Made by a program: the position numbers and the translations under genes | Shown: positions 8,346 to 17,121 of the stretch, one piece after another | How positions within the stretch are numbered: position 1 is the stretch's first letter | Layout of the letters: each line of letters begins with the position of its first letter | Source: Nitrospirota bacterium | Lineage (GTDB): Bacteria; Nitrospirota; UBA9217 | Direction of reading: 5' to 3' | Assembly: GCA_963737155.1 (NCBI GenBank) | Contig: CAVTRN010000001.1 | Span: forward strand, 1,568,001 to 1,632,000 | Length of the DNA stretch: 64,000 bases | Notes under the pieces: model-generated | Databases searched by the model: none | What the model was told of the DNA's origin: nothing | What the model saw: the letters and a program-made list of their open reading frames with translations, nothing else

Positions 8346-11300
8346 TTACTTTATCTCCTGTTCCTTTTCCTTCGGCAATATTGGCGAAATAATATCAACA
8401 GGTAGCTTGATGAAGGTCTCCAGGAGATTCATGATCCGCGTGCCTACAGCAGTGGGAGAGAGAAAGACGACGTCGGGGTTCGCGAGATCGCCGGAGACAT
8501 GGACCGGGATCGAGATGAGCGTGCCGCCCATGATATTGCCGATAAGAGGGGTGTTCCGAATGACCCAATTAATCGTTGAAAAAGGCGCCACGAGGACGGT
8601 GAGGTCCATCTGTTTCTTCACGAGATTTATCTCGCCTTGAGCGATGAGGTCCATCGATTCCCCGCCGATAAATGCTTTATCAACGATAAATTTCCCCTTA
8701 TGGATATTCCCGCTCACTATCAAGGAATGATAGGGGAAGCCGTTTCCCCCCAGATCAGGGGCCTGACCACGAAATACTTCAAGCACGCTCAGAACGGAAA
8801 ATATTTTTTGCAGGGTAGGATAGCGGTAAATTCTTCCATCCATAGCCTCAAAATCCACTCTGCCTTCTAGGGACGAGAGTAGATCCTCACCCGTTCCCTG
8901 CGCCTGGATTTTCGAACTTAAGTCAAAGGTTCCGCTAAGATGAACTTCCTCGCCGGCCAGACAGTCGATAGTGGATGCAAGAGGTTCTTTCTTTGCCACA
9001 GGAGTAAAAGCAAAAGATATGCTTTCCTGGGAGATTAGAATTGTCCCTGGCATTGAAAGTCCGCAGGTCTTGGTGTTGGTAAATTTCATATTTACCCCGC
9101 CCGAGTTCACGGTTATGACAGCTTGAGCAGGAGCAAAGGTAAAGCGTCCGAATTTAACATACGCCGAATTGGCACGAAGGTTCCCCTCTATGGGCGGCAC
9201 GGGAAAAGATCTGACTTCTTGACCGGTGTTTCTTTTGCCGAGCTGCTCTAGGACTTGTTGGATAGCTTGTATTTCAATGCCGTCAGAGGTGAGGTCCATG
9301 TTGAAAGCGATTCCCGCCTCCGAGGTTGCTGCAACGCCTGCCATGGAGTAATGATTCTTGCCCCATGTAACATCGGCGGAGTCGATGGTGAGTACGTGGT
9401 TGTCGGCATGGGCAGCGAATTTGTCTACTGTAATCGGGAGCGGCATGCTCCAGGGGATGGAAATGTTGTCACCAGCAAGTTTCCCCTTTACTCGAGACTG
9501 AAGCGGTTGATCCGCATGGATCACCGCGTGAATATCGCCATGCATTGTCCCTTTGCCGAAGGTTCCCTGTTTGAATATTCTCCCCAAAGTCGCCTGCGCA
9601 AGAAGGCCCGAGAAGGAAACGTCCACTACCTGCTTTTGCCAATTCATGGTCATGGACGCCCGTGTCTCTTGATCCGTGATCGTTAGTCTGTGGATAGCGA
9701 AATCCGCGCCGTGCTGTGAAAGATTTATGTAAAGCACTGGCCCGTTTGCCACTGATGCATTTCCCGTAATCGATATGCCTGTTGTTCTCCCCCAGACTAG
9801 ATGGCAATCGGTAAGAGCAAGGGGAGCATTGATCATGAGCGCAGGTGGTAGCTCGAGTTGGTCAAAAACCCAATCAAGAGTTTTCCTGCCTGCTCTCCCG
9901 CTCAAGGTAAGGTCGATGCGACGCAAGGTGTTGGTAATGCGGCTGACCAGGGCCGTTCCGGTCATTGTCGAATCAAGAATTGTCGCCTCTTGCAGCCCGA
10001 AGGACAATTTATCGGGGACAAGACTGAAATTCCCTCTTAACAGACCGATCCGTCCCGGCAGCAAGGAAGAACTAAAAACAATTCGGTCAAGACTGCCGAG
10101 TGCGGAGATTTTCCATGTCTCGGGCCTGAACAGGGGTCCCTTGAAACTCATTGAGGATATGGTTATCATACCATCGAGCTCGTTTACGCCATGGAGAATT
10201 TTATACAATGAGTTGTACTTTGACCGCCATTGGAAAAATTCGCCAAGATGAATGATGGCTCCGCCGTCGAGAACCTCAAGGGCGGGTTCTTTGCGCCCCG
10301 TTATGCTCGCGGTAATATGGGACAGCGATGACTTGCCGAGGTGCACGGACGCCTCGGAAATGGTAATTTTATTCTCTTCCGCCATGAATTCTCCATTTAC
10401 AGCCAGGGGTGAGGGAAGACGAGAAGAGTTGACGACGATGTCTTTTGCTGCTCCCGCTATCTTCAGGCTCCACGCCGCGGGATGGAGAAGGGGGCCGCTG
10501 AGCCGAATCGATGACAAGGTGACCGTTCCAGCCAAGTCTTTTACCTCGTTCGAAAAGGTGCCCAACGTCTTGTACTTATTTTGCCACTGAAAAATCTCGG
10601 GAAGGTTGATCTCTGCGCGGCCGTTGTAAACGTCGAAGACTGGTGTCGTGCTCTCCACAATCCGGGCGGAAATTTGATCAAGAGATGACGCGCCCATGTG
10701 GACGGATAGCCCGGAAGCTGACAGCGTATTGTCGTCAATGACGAACCGGCTGCTGACGTACACGGGAGCAGGTATCCATGGCGATTCCGCGACGAGGCTT
10801 TTCACTTCACCCTCTATTTTTTTTCGCCATTCCTCGGGGCGGTCGACCGGTCCGCTGATCTGCATCGACGAGATGGTAAGAACGCCGCGTAGTGATCGAA
10901 CGTTTTTCAGCACGGGGATCAGGCTTTCCGAGGACGACAGCCAGGGATATATTTCATCGAGTGCAACCGTCGCGTGGCCTGACAAGACTTCCAGTTGGGG
11001 AATCCCGTTCCATGCCAGATTTGCGGAAAATCCGGAAAGGGAAGACCGGCCCATAGAAACAGTGAGATCCTTGACTCCCGAATTCACCTCATTAAAGGAA
11101 TAAGTCCCGCTGAGCAAAAAATTCCCCCACTGTTCAGTGGAAGCCTTGACGAAAATCTTCATATCGCCGGGGGGCGCGTTGAAATGCACGGTAACATTCC
11201 GGAGAGAGAGAACATCCTGGCGGCTTCCTCTAAATAGGAATTTGCCCATATCCATTTCCACGACAAGACCCGAGCCGATTGCCTGCAAATAAGCCAGCAC

Positions 11301-11720
11301 AGAGCGGATATTTTTTTTTGACTCCTCCAGGGATGGAAGTTCAGATGATGTCGACTCGGTGATCGTTGCAGGTAGGATGATTCTGACATCGGGCTTGATG
11401 ATCTGAATCCTCGAAAATAGAAGTTTGCCTTTGATGAGCGGCATGATTTGAGGATAAATGCTGAGCGACTGAAGCGATCCTCGGAAAGTCCTGGGATAGG
11501 CGAGGAGCATTTTCTTGATTACCACATGGGGACGGGGGAAGAGTGAAAGATCGATTCTTTCATAAGACATCTTTCCGCCGAGTTTCCTTGAAACGGTGTC
11601 TTGAATCCCGCTTTTCACTGATGCCGAATTCAAATAAATCGGAGTCACGATGAACGCTGCGACCATAAGAGCCATTACGATGCCTGAAGACAAGAGCAGT
11701 ATTTTTTTTCTGGTTGTCAT
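8346..11720 (-). CDS. AsmA/YhdP-like envelope-spanning protein
   Basis: N-terminal TM anchor, long beta-rich body, AsmA_2-like C-terminus (GRVDFEAMDG...PLIGNIMGG...VSGDLANPDV). Confidence 0.8.
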   Translation of the reverse strand: MTTRKKILLLSSGIVMALMVAAFIVTPIYLNSASVKSGIQDTVSRKLGGKMSYERIDLSLFPRPHVVIKKMLLAYPRTFRGSLQSLSIYPQIMPLIKGKLLFSRIQIIKPDVRIILPATITESTSSELPSLEESKKNIRSVLAYLQAIGSGLVVEMDMGKFLFRGSRQDVLSLRNVTVHFNAPPGDMKIFVKASTEQWGNFLLSGTYSFNEVNSGVKDLTVSMGRSSLSGFSANLAWNGIPQLEVLSGHATVALDEIYPWLSSSESLIPVLKNVRSLRGVLTISSMQISGPVDRPEEWRKKIEGEVKSLVAESPWIPAPVYVSSRFVIDDNTLSASGLSVHMGASSLDQISARIVESTTPVFDVYNGRAEINLPEIFQWQNKYKTLGTFSNEVKDLAGTVTLSSIRLSGPLLHPAAWSLKIAGAAKDIVVNSSRLPSPLAVNGEFMAEENKITISEASVHLGKSSLSHITASITGRKEPALEVLDGGAIIHLGEFFQWRSKYNSLYKILHGVNELDGMITISSMSFKGPLFRPETWKISALGSLDRIVFSSSLLPGRIGLLRGNFSLVPDKLSFGLQEATILDSTMTGTALVSRITNTLRRIDLTLSGRAGRKTLDWVFDQLELPPALMINAPLALTDCHLVWGRTTGISITGNASVANGPVLYINLSQHGADFAIHRLTITDQETRASMTMNWQKQVVDVSFSGLLAQATLGRIFKQGTFGKGTMHGDIHAVIHADQPLQSRVKGKLAGDNISIPWSMPLPITVDKFAAHADNHVLTIDSADVTWGKNHYSMAGVAATSEAGIAFNMDLTSDGIEIQAIQQVLEQLGKRNTGQEVRSFPVPPIEGNLRANSAYVKFGRFTFAPAQAVITVNSGGVNMKFTNTKTCGLSMPGTILISQESISFAFTPVAKKEPLASTIDCLAGEEVHLSGTFDLSSKIQAQGTGEDLLSSLEGRVDFEAMDGRIYRYPTLQKIFSVLSVLEVFRGQAPDLGGNGFPYHSLIVSGNIHKGKFIVDKAFIGGESMDLIAQGEINLVKKQMDLTVLVAPFSTINWVIRNTPLIGNIMGGTLISIPVHVSGDLANPDVVFLSPTAVGTRIMNLLETFIKLPVDIISPILPKEKEQEIK
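10040..11060 (-). repeat. Three tandem ~119-aa repeats inside the AsmA-like protein
   Basis: Units begin VSMGRSSL (~11060), VHMGASSL (~10703) and VHLGKSSL (~10346), 357 nt apart, sharing L.E...W, G..T.SS....GP..RP..W and S...P motifs. Confidence 0.8.
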
Positions 11721-11956
11721 GGATAGAGTCCTGAGATAGCCGTGCCTTTATTCCGAGCTTTTGTCTTTCTATTATACGTGAGGCTGCGCTCCAGATCAAT
11801 CAAATGAATATCACCCTGGCCTGAAACTTTTTAGGCGCTTTTTTGCCTATTGCAGTCGCAGTAGGAAAATCCATCCTTGAGAAAGTCCGTTATGAATCAG
11901 AAAAGAGTCAGCAGCACTTGCAGTTCTGATTTTACTAGTCATGGGGATTTTTTGAA

Positions 11957-11992
11957 CTTGCTATTCTCCGTAGCTTGCTGCGAGGTATTGAT
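11957..11992 (+). mobile_element. Collapsed copy of palindromic mini-element family B
   Basis: TGAA|CTTGCTATTCTCCGTAGCTTGCTGCGAGGTATTGAT is the left flank of the 48738 copy fused through one hairpin to its right flank. Confidence 0.7.
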
Positions 11993-12134
11993 TTATTCGC
12001 ACCTGTAAGATAAGTCCAAAAGCATTTGCAGCAAAGTTCAACATTCCTATGCCGGAGGACCAAGGAGTGAAGCTTACATACCGGATGAGGACGAAGCATT
12101 AAGGGGTGAGGGGCAGAAGTGATAGATATTACTT

Positions 12135-12930
12135 CTACGACCACTTTTTGCGCCAGGAATATAATGAGTACGGTAATCCCGGCTATAACGAGACGTAACG
12201 CGGGATAGCCCTATTTCTATTCGAGTTTAGGCAGGATTATGAAATACATGCTATAAACTCCGGTAATGAAGGTAAGCGGTATACAGATAAGTGAGATTAT
12301 GGCAAGGGCTATCACCACTTCGTTCAGATGGTTGCTAAAGTTTGACATGTACATGTCAAGAATACCGGTTTCTAAGACGGATTTATTATGAACTCCATTT
12401 TTAGCACCTCGAGCTTTTCGACGATTACGAAGTACTGGTCCAAGTGGTGTCGGACAGGGCATAGGGAGACAATCGGCGCCCATTTGCAGCTGCTGCCCTT
12501 GCCGTTCCTGATGGGGTCGCGACTACAGTTATAGCATCCTCCTCGATATTTTCTGGAACGAGAGTATGAATTTGGACCCATAATGATGCAGATATGCTCG
12601 GTTAATATCTCTCCGTTCTTGCCGCTCGCAAGCATTTTAAGTACGTATGGGGTCGCTGAAGTCCTCCAGCCGCAGGCAAGGCTTCAGGATGACTTCCGTA
12701 AGCAGCCTTTGCAGCCATAAACATTCTCAGTTTTTCGAAGAACCGATACCTTATGGCCTCCATCGACATTAATCCAGGTGACGGTGGGTTTGTTCTTTTA
12801 GGGGATGTAGGCACCGATGGAAAGGTGTCTTGTTAGGAAAAAGCTTGTCTCGTTGAAATCGCCGCGGTGCATATCGATTTTTTCATTTTTTTCGTCGCTG
12901 TAACGCAGCGATTCGATAGAGAGGGCCGTC
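12135..12930 (-). pseudogene. corA: Degraded magnesium/cobalt transporter CorA
   Basis: Frameshifted fragments KDKPTVTWINVDG, DPIRNGKG, LDQYFVIVEKL and GILDMYMSNFSNHLNEVVIALAIISLICIPLTFITGVYSMYF..PKLE*K*GYP; the GMN signature is lost; boundaries approximate. Confidence 0.8.
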
Positions 12931-12982
12931 CTTATCGCACTTTGTTATAGAATGCTCCGTATGGTTAGGTTCACCGGCCGCG

Positions 12983-13930
12983 TCACCGTGTTTCCACCTG
13001 GTTTTTTCCGGCCCGCTTCGCTATATACAACCCCATATCGGCCCGCTGCAGCACCGACTCCAGCGTGTCTCCATCAACATATTCCGTGACACCGGCCGAG
13101 ATCGTGATTGGCTCAGATATTGAGAATTGGTTCTTTGAGATGGTTTGCCTCAGCCGTTCCGCCTGCGTGCGCCCCTGTTCCTTTGCGGTGTGAGGAAGTA
13201 AAACGATGAACTCGTCGCCACCGCGGCGATAGAGGCTGTCGTTGTCGCGGATAAAATGGGTGACCACACCCTCCAGCTCCTTGAGAATGTCGTCGGCTTT
13301 AACGTTGCCGTAAGCATCATTTATTCGCTTCAGAGAGTCAACATTAAAAACAACAACGGACAGATTCACTTTGTACCGCTTCGCCCGCGCTAACTCATCG
13401 TTGAATCCTTTTTCCAGCTTGTCTCGGTTGAATGCTACCCGTGTCATCGTTTCCGGTGCCGACAGGCGTTTCAACTGCTGTTTCATCTGATCAAGGTGCT
13501 CGGCTAGCTGTGTCAGTTTCGCTTCGGCGGTTTTTCGCTCGGTAATATCGCGAGTAGCTCCCACGAAAGCGACCAACACACCATTCTCTATCACGGGATT
13601 GATCGTGATTTCCGTCCAGATAATATGCCCGTTCTTGCAGATTTGCTGAACGTCCGGCAGCACCACGGAGGAAAACCTGCCCTGCTCGCCCGACTTTGCA
13701 TATTCGGTTGTCGCCTTGAGCACGTATTTCTGCGACTCATCGGTGAGAAACGTAAACAAGTGCTGGCCGATTACTTCGAACGTGTCATACCCGCGCTGTC
13801 CCTTGTCGCTCGAACTGATATAGGTAAAGACGAGTCGAGGGTCAAGTTCCCAGATTACATCTTTGATGTTTTCCATGATGTACTTTGAGCGTTTGTTCTG
13901 CCAGTTTACATCTTCAGCATTGCTCATCAT
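12983..13930 (-). CDS. PAS-GGDEF diguanylate cyclase
   Basis: PAS/PAC region (KNGHIIWTE..RDITERK), coiled coil, RRGGDEF and RADMGLYIAKRAGKN. Confidence 0.9.
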   Translation of the reverse strand: MMSNAEDVNWQNKRSKYIMENIKDVIWELDPRLVFTYISSSDKGQRGYDTFEVIGQHLFTFLTDESQKYVLKATTEYAKSGEQGRFSSVVLPDVQQICKNGHIIWTEITINPVIENGVLVAFVGATRDITERKTAEAKLTQLAEHLDQMKQQLKRLSAPETMTRVAFNRDKLEKGFNDELARAKRYKVNLSVVVFNVDSLKRINDAYGNVKADDILKELEGVVTHFIRDNDSLYRRGGDEFIVLLPHTAKEQGRTQAERLRQTISKNQFSISEPITISAGVTEYVDGDTLESVLQRADMGLYIAKRAGKNQVETR

Positions 13931-14185
13931 TGTCCCCTGCATACAAATAGTCCGCGCTAAAATCCTTCACCGATGCGGTATGCGGGCTGTTTCCCGTGTG
14001 CACCAGGTTTAGACAGTACTCTCTTCTTGTTCATTGAACGTCGCGTATTCAAATGCAGGGTTCGTAGCAGACTGAACCGGCCCTGCCGCACCCACATGAG
14101 TTGATGCGTAACCGCTGTCTACGGCCGCATGAATCTATCCGAAGTGTCCGTAGGGTATACTGAGGCAAGCATGAAGGTCGGGCGA

Positions 14186-14518
14186 CTATCGGATGTTTTC
14201 TATTGAGATCGTTCCTGAACCGAGGAGTCGTGAAAGAAGAATGTATCCGCCGCAGGGCCGGGCCTGTGGGTCCTGCGCAAAGTCGCAGTCATTCTCACCG
14301 AAATCACAGGCGCCGCACAGCACTCTTGCCATGAGATCAGGTGCAGCCTCATCGCAGTTTATAAGTTTTGCTCCCCCAGTGACTACAGCCTCGCCCGACC
14401 GTATTAATCGATCAACGATAAGAGCCCCCCTGCAGAGCATCTCTTCGTTTTTGCCCGGCTTGTAGTAGACGCAGTAAGGGAGACAAAGTACTCGAACCAA
14501 AGCTTCGTTTTTGGCCAT
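14186..14518 (-). CDS. Small Cys-rich protein of unknown function (putative metal or Fe-S binding)
   Basis: 110 aa with CLPYCVYY..LCRG and LCGACDF...CDF...PCGGY; divergent from the radical SAM gene. Confidence 0.7.
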   Translation of the reverse strand: MAKNEALVRVLCLPYCVYYKPGKNEEMLCRGALIVDRLIRSGEAVVTGGAKLINCDEAAPDLMARVLCGACDFGENDCDFAQDPQARPCGGYILLSRLLGSGTISIENIR

Positions 14519-14565
14519 GTTGTTTCATTATAACAAAAACAGGCCCTCGGTGCTATAATAACTTC
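14519..14565. promoter_or_regulatory. Back-to-back extended -10 promoters (leaderless or near-leaderless)
   Basis: Plus strand TGCTATAAT (14551-14559) lies 6 nt before ATG 14566; minus strand TGTTATAAT (14535-14527) lies 8 nt before ATG 14518; neither gene has an SD. Confidence 0.7.
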
Positions 14566-15696
14566 ATGAATTATTACCTGGCAAGACGGGCTGTTCTAAA
14601 ATGGCTTGAAAACCCTTCGGTGTATCAGCTTGCAAAAGATGAGCTGTACGAGCTCGATGACGAATCTTTTCGTTTCTTCCAAAATTGCTCTTCCAAAGAC
14701 GGGTGCTCATCAAAAAACAGCGCATTTGTCGATTACTGCGTAGAGGAAGGCCTACTCACCACGGAAAAAGTGTTTCATACAGGGTCTGTGGTCGAGCGCG
14801 CGCCGGTACCGTCCCTTCGCTATCTTGAACTCCAGATCACTGATGCCTGCAATCTTGCCTGCAAACATTGTTATATCAATAGCAGTCAACGCCATGAACT
14901 TTCGGCTGATGAGGTGTATTCCGTTTTAGGAGAGTTTCAGAATATGCAAGGTTTACGGGTCCTTATCACGGGAGGCGAACCACTTGTGCACGGGAACTTC
15001 GACGAGATCAATGAAATGCTCCCCGATTTCTTTCTTCGCAAGGTTCTTTTCACAAACGGAACGCTCCTGAAAAAAGACGGAATAAACACGCTGAAGTTCG
15101 ACGAATTTCAGGTGAGCATCGACGGCATGGAAGAGGCGCACGATTATGTTCGTGGACCGGGGACATTCAAACGATCGCTGAAGACGATACGACGTGCGCT
15201 TGATGCGGGGTTTGATGTCTCCATTTCAACTATGATTCACCGTAGCAACCTGTCGGATTTCGACAGTATGGAGCATATGTTCAAAACAATGGGGATAAAG
15301 GACTGGACCGTGGATGTGCCTGTTTCGGTCGGCCGTCTTGAGGAGAACAGTAATCTGATTATAAGCCCTGAAGAAGGCGGCAAGTATCTAGGATATGGGT
15401 ACGGCGGCGGTCTCCATTTGTCCAGCAAGGGGTTTGGTTGCGGATTGCATTTGATGTCCGTCATGGCTGACAGGAGGATCGCGAAATGCACGTTTTATCA
15501 TGATGAAGCAGTAGGTTCGCTGGAGCATGGCTTACGGGCTGCGTGGACGAAGATTCGTCCGGTATCTCTCAACGAGCTGTCCTGTGCCTGCGAGTACCGG
15601 GAAATATGCAGGGGAGGCTGTCGCTATCGGGCGGAAGTGCTGGAAGGAAAAGGAGGAAAAGACCTGTACCGGTGTATGCTTTATGGTATAATATAA
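14566..15696 (+). CDS. Radical SAM/SPASM protein with RRE-like N-terminus, putative peptide maturase
   Basis: CNLACKHC, ITGGEP and SIDG motifs; C-terminal SPASM-like Cys array (GCG..AKC..CACEYREICRGGC..YRC); N-terminal ~65 aa with LYELDDESFRFFQNC..FVDYCVEEGLL resembling a PqqD/RRE fold. Confidence 0.85.
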   Translation: MNYYLARRAVLKWLENPSVYQLAKDELYELDDESFRFFQNCSSKDGCSSKNSAFVDYCVEEGLLTTEKVFHTGSVVERAPVPSLRYLELQITDACNLACKHCYINSSQRHELSADEVYSVLGEFQNMQGLRVLITGGEPLVHGNFDEINEMLPDFFLRKVLFTNGTLLKKDGINTLKFDEFQVSIDGMEEAHDYVRGPGTFKRSLKTIRRALDAGFDVSISTMIHRSNLSDFDSMEHMFKTMGIKDWTVDVPVSVGRLEENSNLIISPEEGGKYLGYGYGGGLHLSSKGFGCGLHLMSVMADRRIAKCTFYHDEAVGSLEHGLRAAWTKIRPVSLNELSCACEYREICRGGCRYRAEVLEGKGGKDLYRCMLYGII

Positions 15697-15803
15697 CTCA
15701 TTCTATACTTCTTTCTCCTTATCCCTTTAAAGCAGAGTTTAAAAAGACTTTTTGGAAGATAACGTTGTTTCATCGATAAAAAATAAAGAAAGGAGGATAT
15801 CAT

Positions 15804-15866
15804 ATGACAATCAGAAAAGTGACGAAAAAAATGGCGGTAACCTGCAAATGCAAAAGCTCTTGCTGA
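15804..15866 (+). CDS. Putative RiPP precursor peptide MTIRKVTKKMAVTCKCKSSC (20 aa)
   Basis: AAAGGAGG RBS 7 nt upstream of ATG; basic leader-like N-half and CxCxxxC C-terminus; 107 nt downstream of the rSAM gene and followed by a terminator; below the ORF track cutoff. Confidence 0.75.
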   Translation: MTIRKVTKKMAVTCKCKSSC

Positions 15867-15894
15867 CGAAAAATCCTTCAAGGCATCAAACCAG

Positions 15895-15934
15895 AACGAG
15901 CTCGACAGACCACTGCCGAGCTCGTTATTATTTT
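15895..15934 (+). terminator. Intrinsic terminator after the peptide gene
   Basis: AACGAGCTCGACAG-ACCA-CTGCCGAGCTCGTT hairpin followed by ATTATTTT. Confidence 0.7.
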
Positions 15935-15993
15935 ATTAGTCTTATTTCCCAAGGGACGCGCCGACTCCTCCATTTATCCTGGCATGACCAATT

Positions 15994-16269
15994 TTAAGCG
16001 GTCTTCCTGCTGAAAACCTGCCGTTCTTCGAAGTTCCTGATGAACTGAGCGACCTGGATGCCGAGAGAAACGCACTTAATGCCATTCATGCAATCATCTG
16101 CGTCCTGCTTTTCGAGATGGGTGGTGAGTGTTTCTGTTCCCCGTTTGAAAGTCAGAATATAAGCATTGGTCTGTTCGTCAAAATTCAATCCCACAGAAAC
16201 CTTATGGTCTTCGATTTCCGGATACATTTCCCGAATTTTGTCTTCTAGTGCGGCATTTGTGAATATCAT
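15994..16269 (-). CDS. Hypothetical protein (91 aa)
   Basis: AAGGAGGG RBS before MIFTNAALEDKIREMYPEI; globular composition with CxxGxxC. Confidence 0.7.
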   Translation of the reverse strand: MIFTNAALEDKIREMYPEIEDHKVSVGLNFDEQTNAYILTFKRGTETLTTHLEKQDADDCMNGIKCVSLGIQVAQFIRNFEERQVFSRKTA

Positions 16270-16386
16270 TGTTCCCTCCTTCGTCCTTCGCTCAGTGAAT
16301 GGGAATCGAAGCATCGGCGCCGCCCTCAGGAAAGTCCTTTGCTGCCGATGATCCATTTTCGCGCATCGCGACAGAGAAAAGTGACG

Positions 16387-16875
16387 TCATCCGCCTTCTA
16401 CGATGCCCCGTTCCTCCCAGAGGAACCAGTTTCCCGTGTCCGAAAGGAACTGGTACGTGTTTGCAAAAATATCATAGTGCTGCTTTTCTTCTCGAATCAG
16501 GCGCCGGAACAGCTCTTTTTCTTTTTCTGTCTTTACCTGATTCAGCGTCTTTTCATAGAATTGCTTGCCCTCTTTTTCCATCTGCATGGCGATCTTGAAT
16601 GCTTCGAGTTCGTCCTGTGTCGCCTCAACTTTTTTCATCATTTCATTCTTCAGGGATTCAAAGATAGTCTTAACGCTGGTGATCGGGCTCACATCCTCGT
16701 GGGAGATGTTGAGACCCTTGATGATTTCTGAAATCATTTGCAGGTGTCGTTTCTCGTCTTCTGTTACCGATTCGAACATCTTTCTGCCGGCCGTGTATTT
16801 AGTTTTTCGCGCTGCTTCCATATAAAATGCTATTGCGTCAGTTTCCATCTTCTTTGCAATTTCGAGAGCATTCAT
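16387..16875 (-). CDS. Ferritin-like / rubrerythrin-family protein
   Basis: Paired E..FY and EKRH / EKQH diiron motifs; AGGAGG RBS. Confidence 0.85.
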   Translation of the reverse strand: MNALEIAKKMETDAIAFYMEAARKTKYTAGRKMFESVTEDEKRHLQMISEIIKGLNISHEDVSPITSVKTIFESLKNEMMKKVEATQDELEAFKIAMQMEKEGKQFYEKTLNQVKTEKEKELFRRLIREEKQHYDIFANTYQFLSDTGNWFLWEERGIVEGG

Positions 16876-17121
16876 CCCTTCCTCCTTGATGTAAAGCATC
16901 TAATGCTTGAGACATTTCACAGCACCGCAATAATTCTCTCTCGTGGGTTCTGCAGACGCGTTCCTCTACCCCTTCGCAATGCTGAATTAAGTATATCATA
17001 ATCAGAAAAAGGCATCAACGCGGCCCTGGACGGAACGAGAGAGAGGATGTAATTTTGTTCAGGCCAGTAAGGAGTTTCCCTTTCCGCTCGGATTGGGTTA
17101 GGAAGCAGCGACGGGCGCGGG

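Noticed and set aside
13945-14185. Structured leader upstream of the diguanylate cyclase as a riboswitch
   Set aside because: Some hairpin potential but no recognisable aptamer consensus; an Rfam search would be needed
15864-15939. Selenocysteine read-through of the peptide's TGA (Cys-Sec)
   Set aside because: No convincing SECIS hairpin directly after the TGA, and the extended frame would run through the terminator; treated as a stop, though homolog alignment should confirm
16387-16400. C-terminal Gly-Gly of the ferritin-like protein as a ubiquitin-like conjugation tail
   Set aside because: The protein is a four-helix diiron type with no beta-grasp domain, and no E1/ThiF gene is nearby
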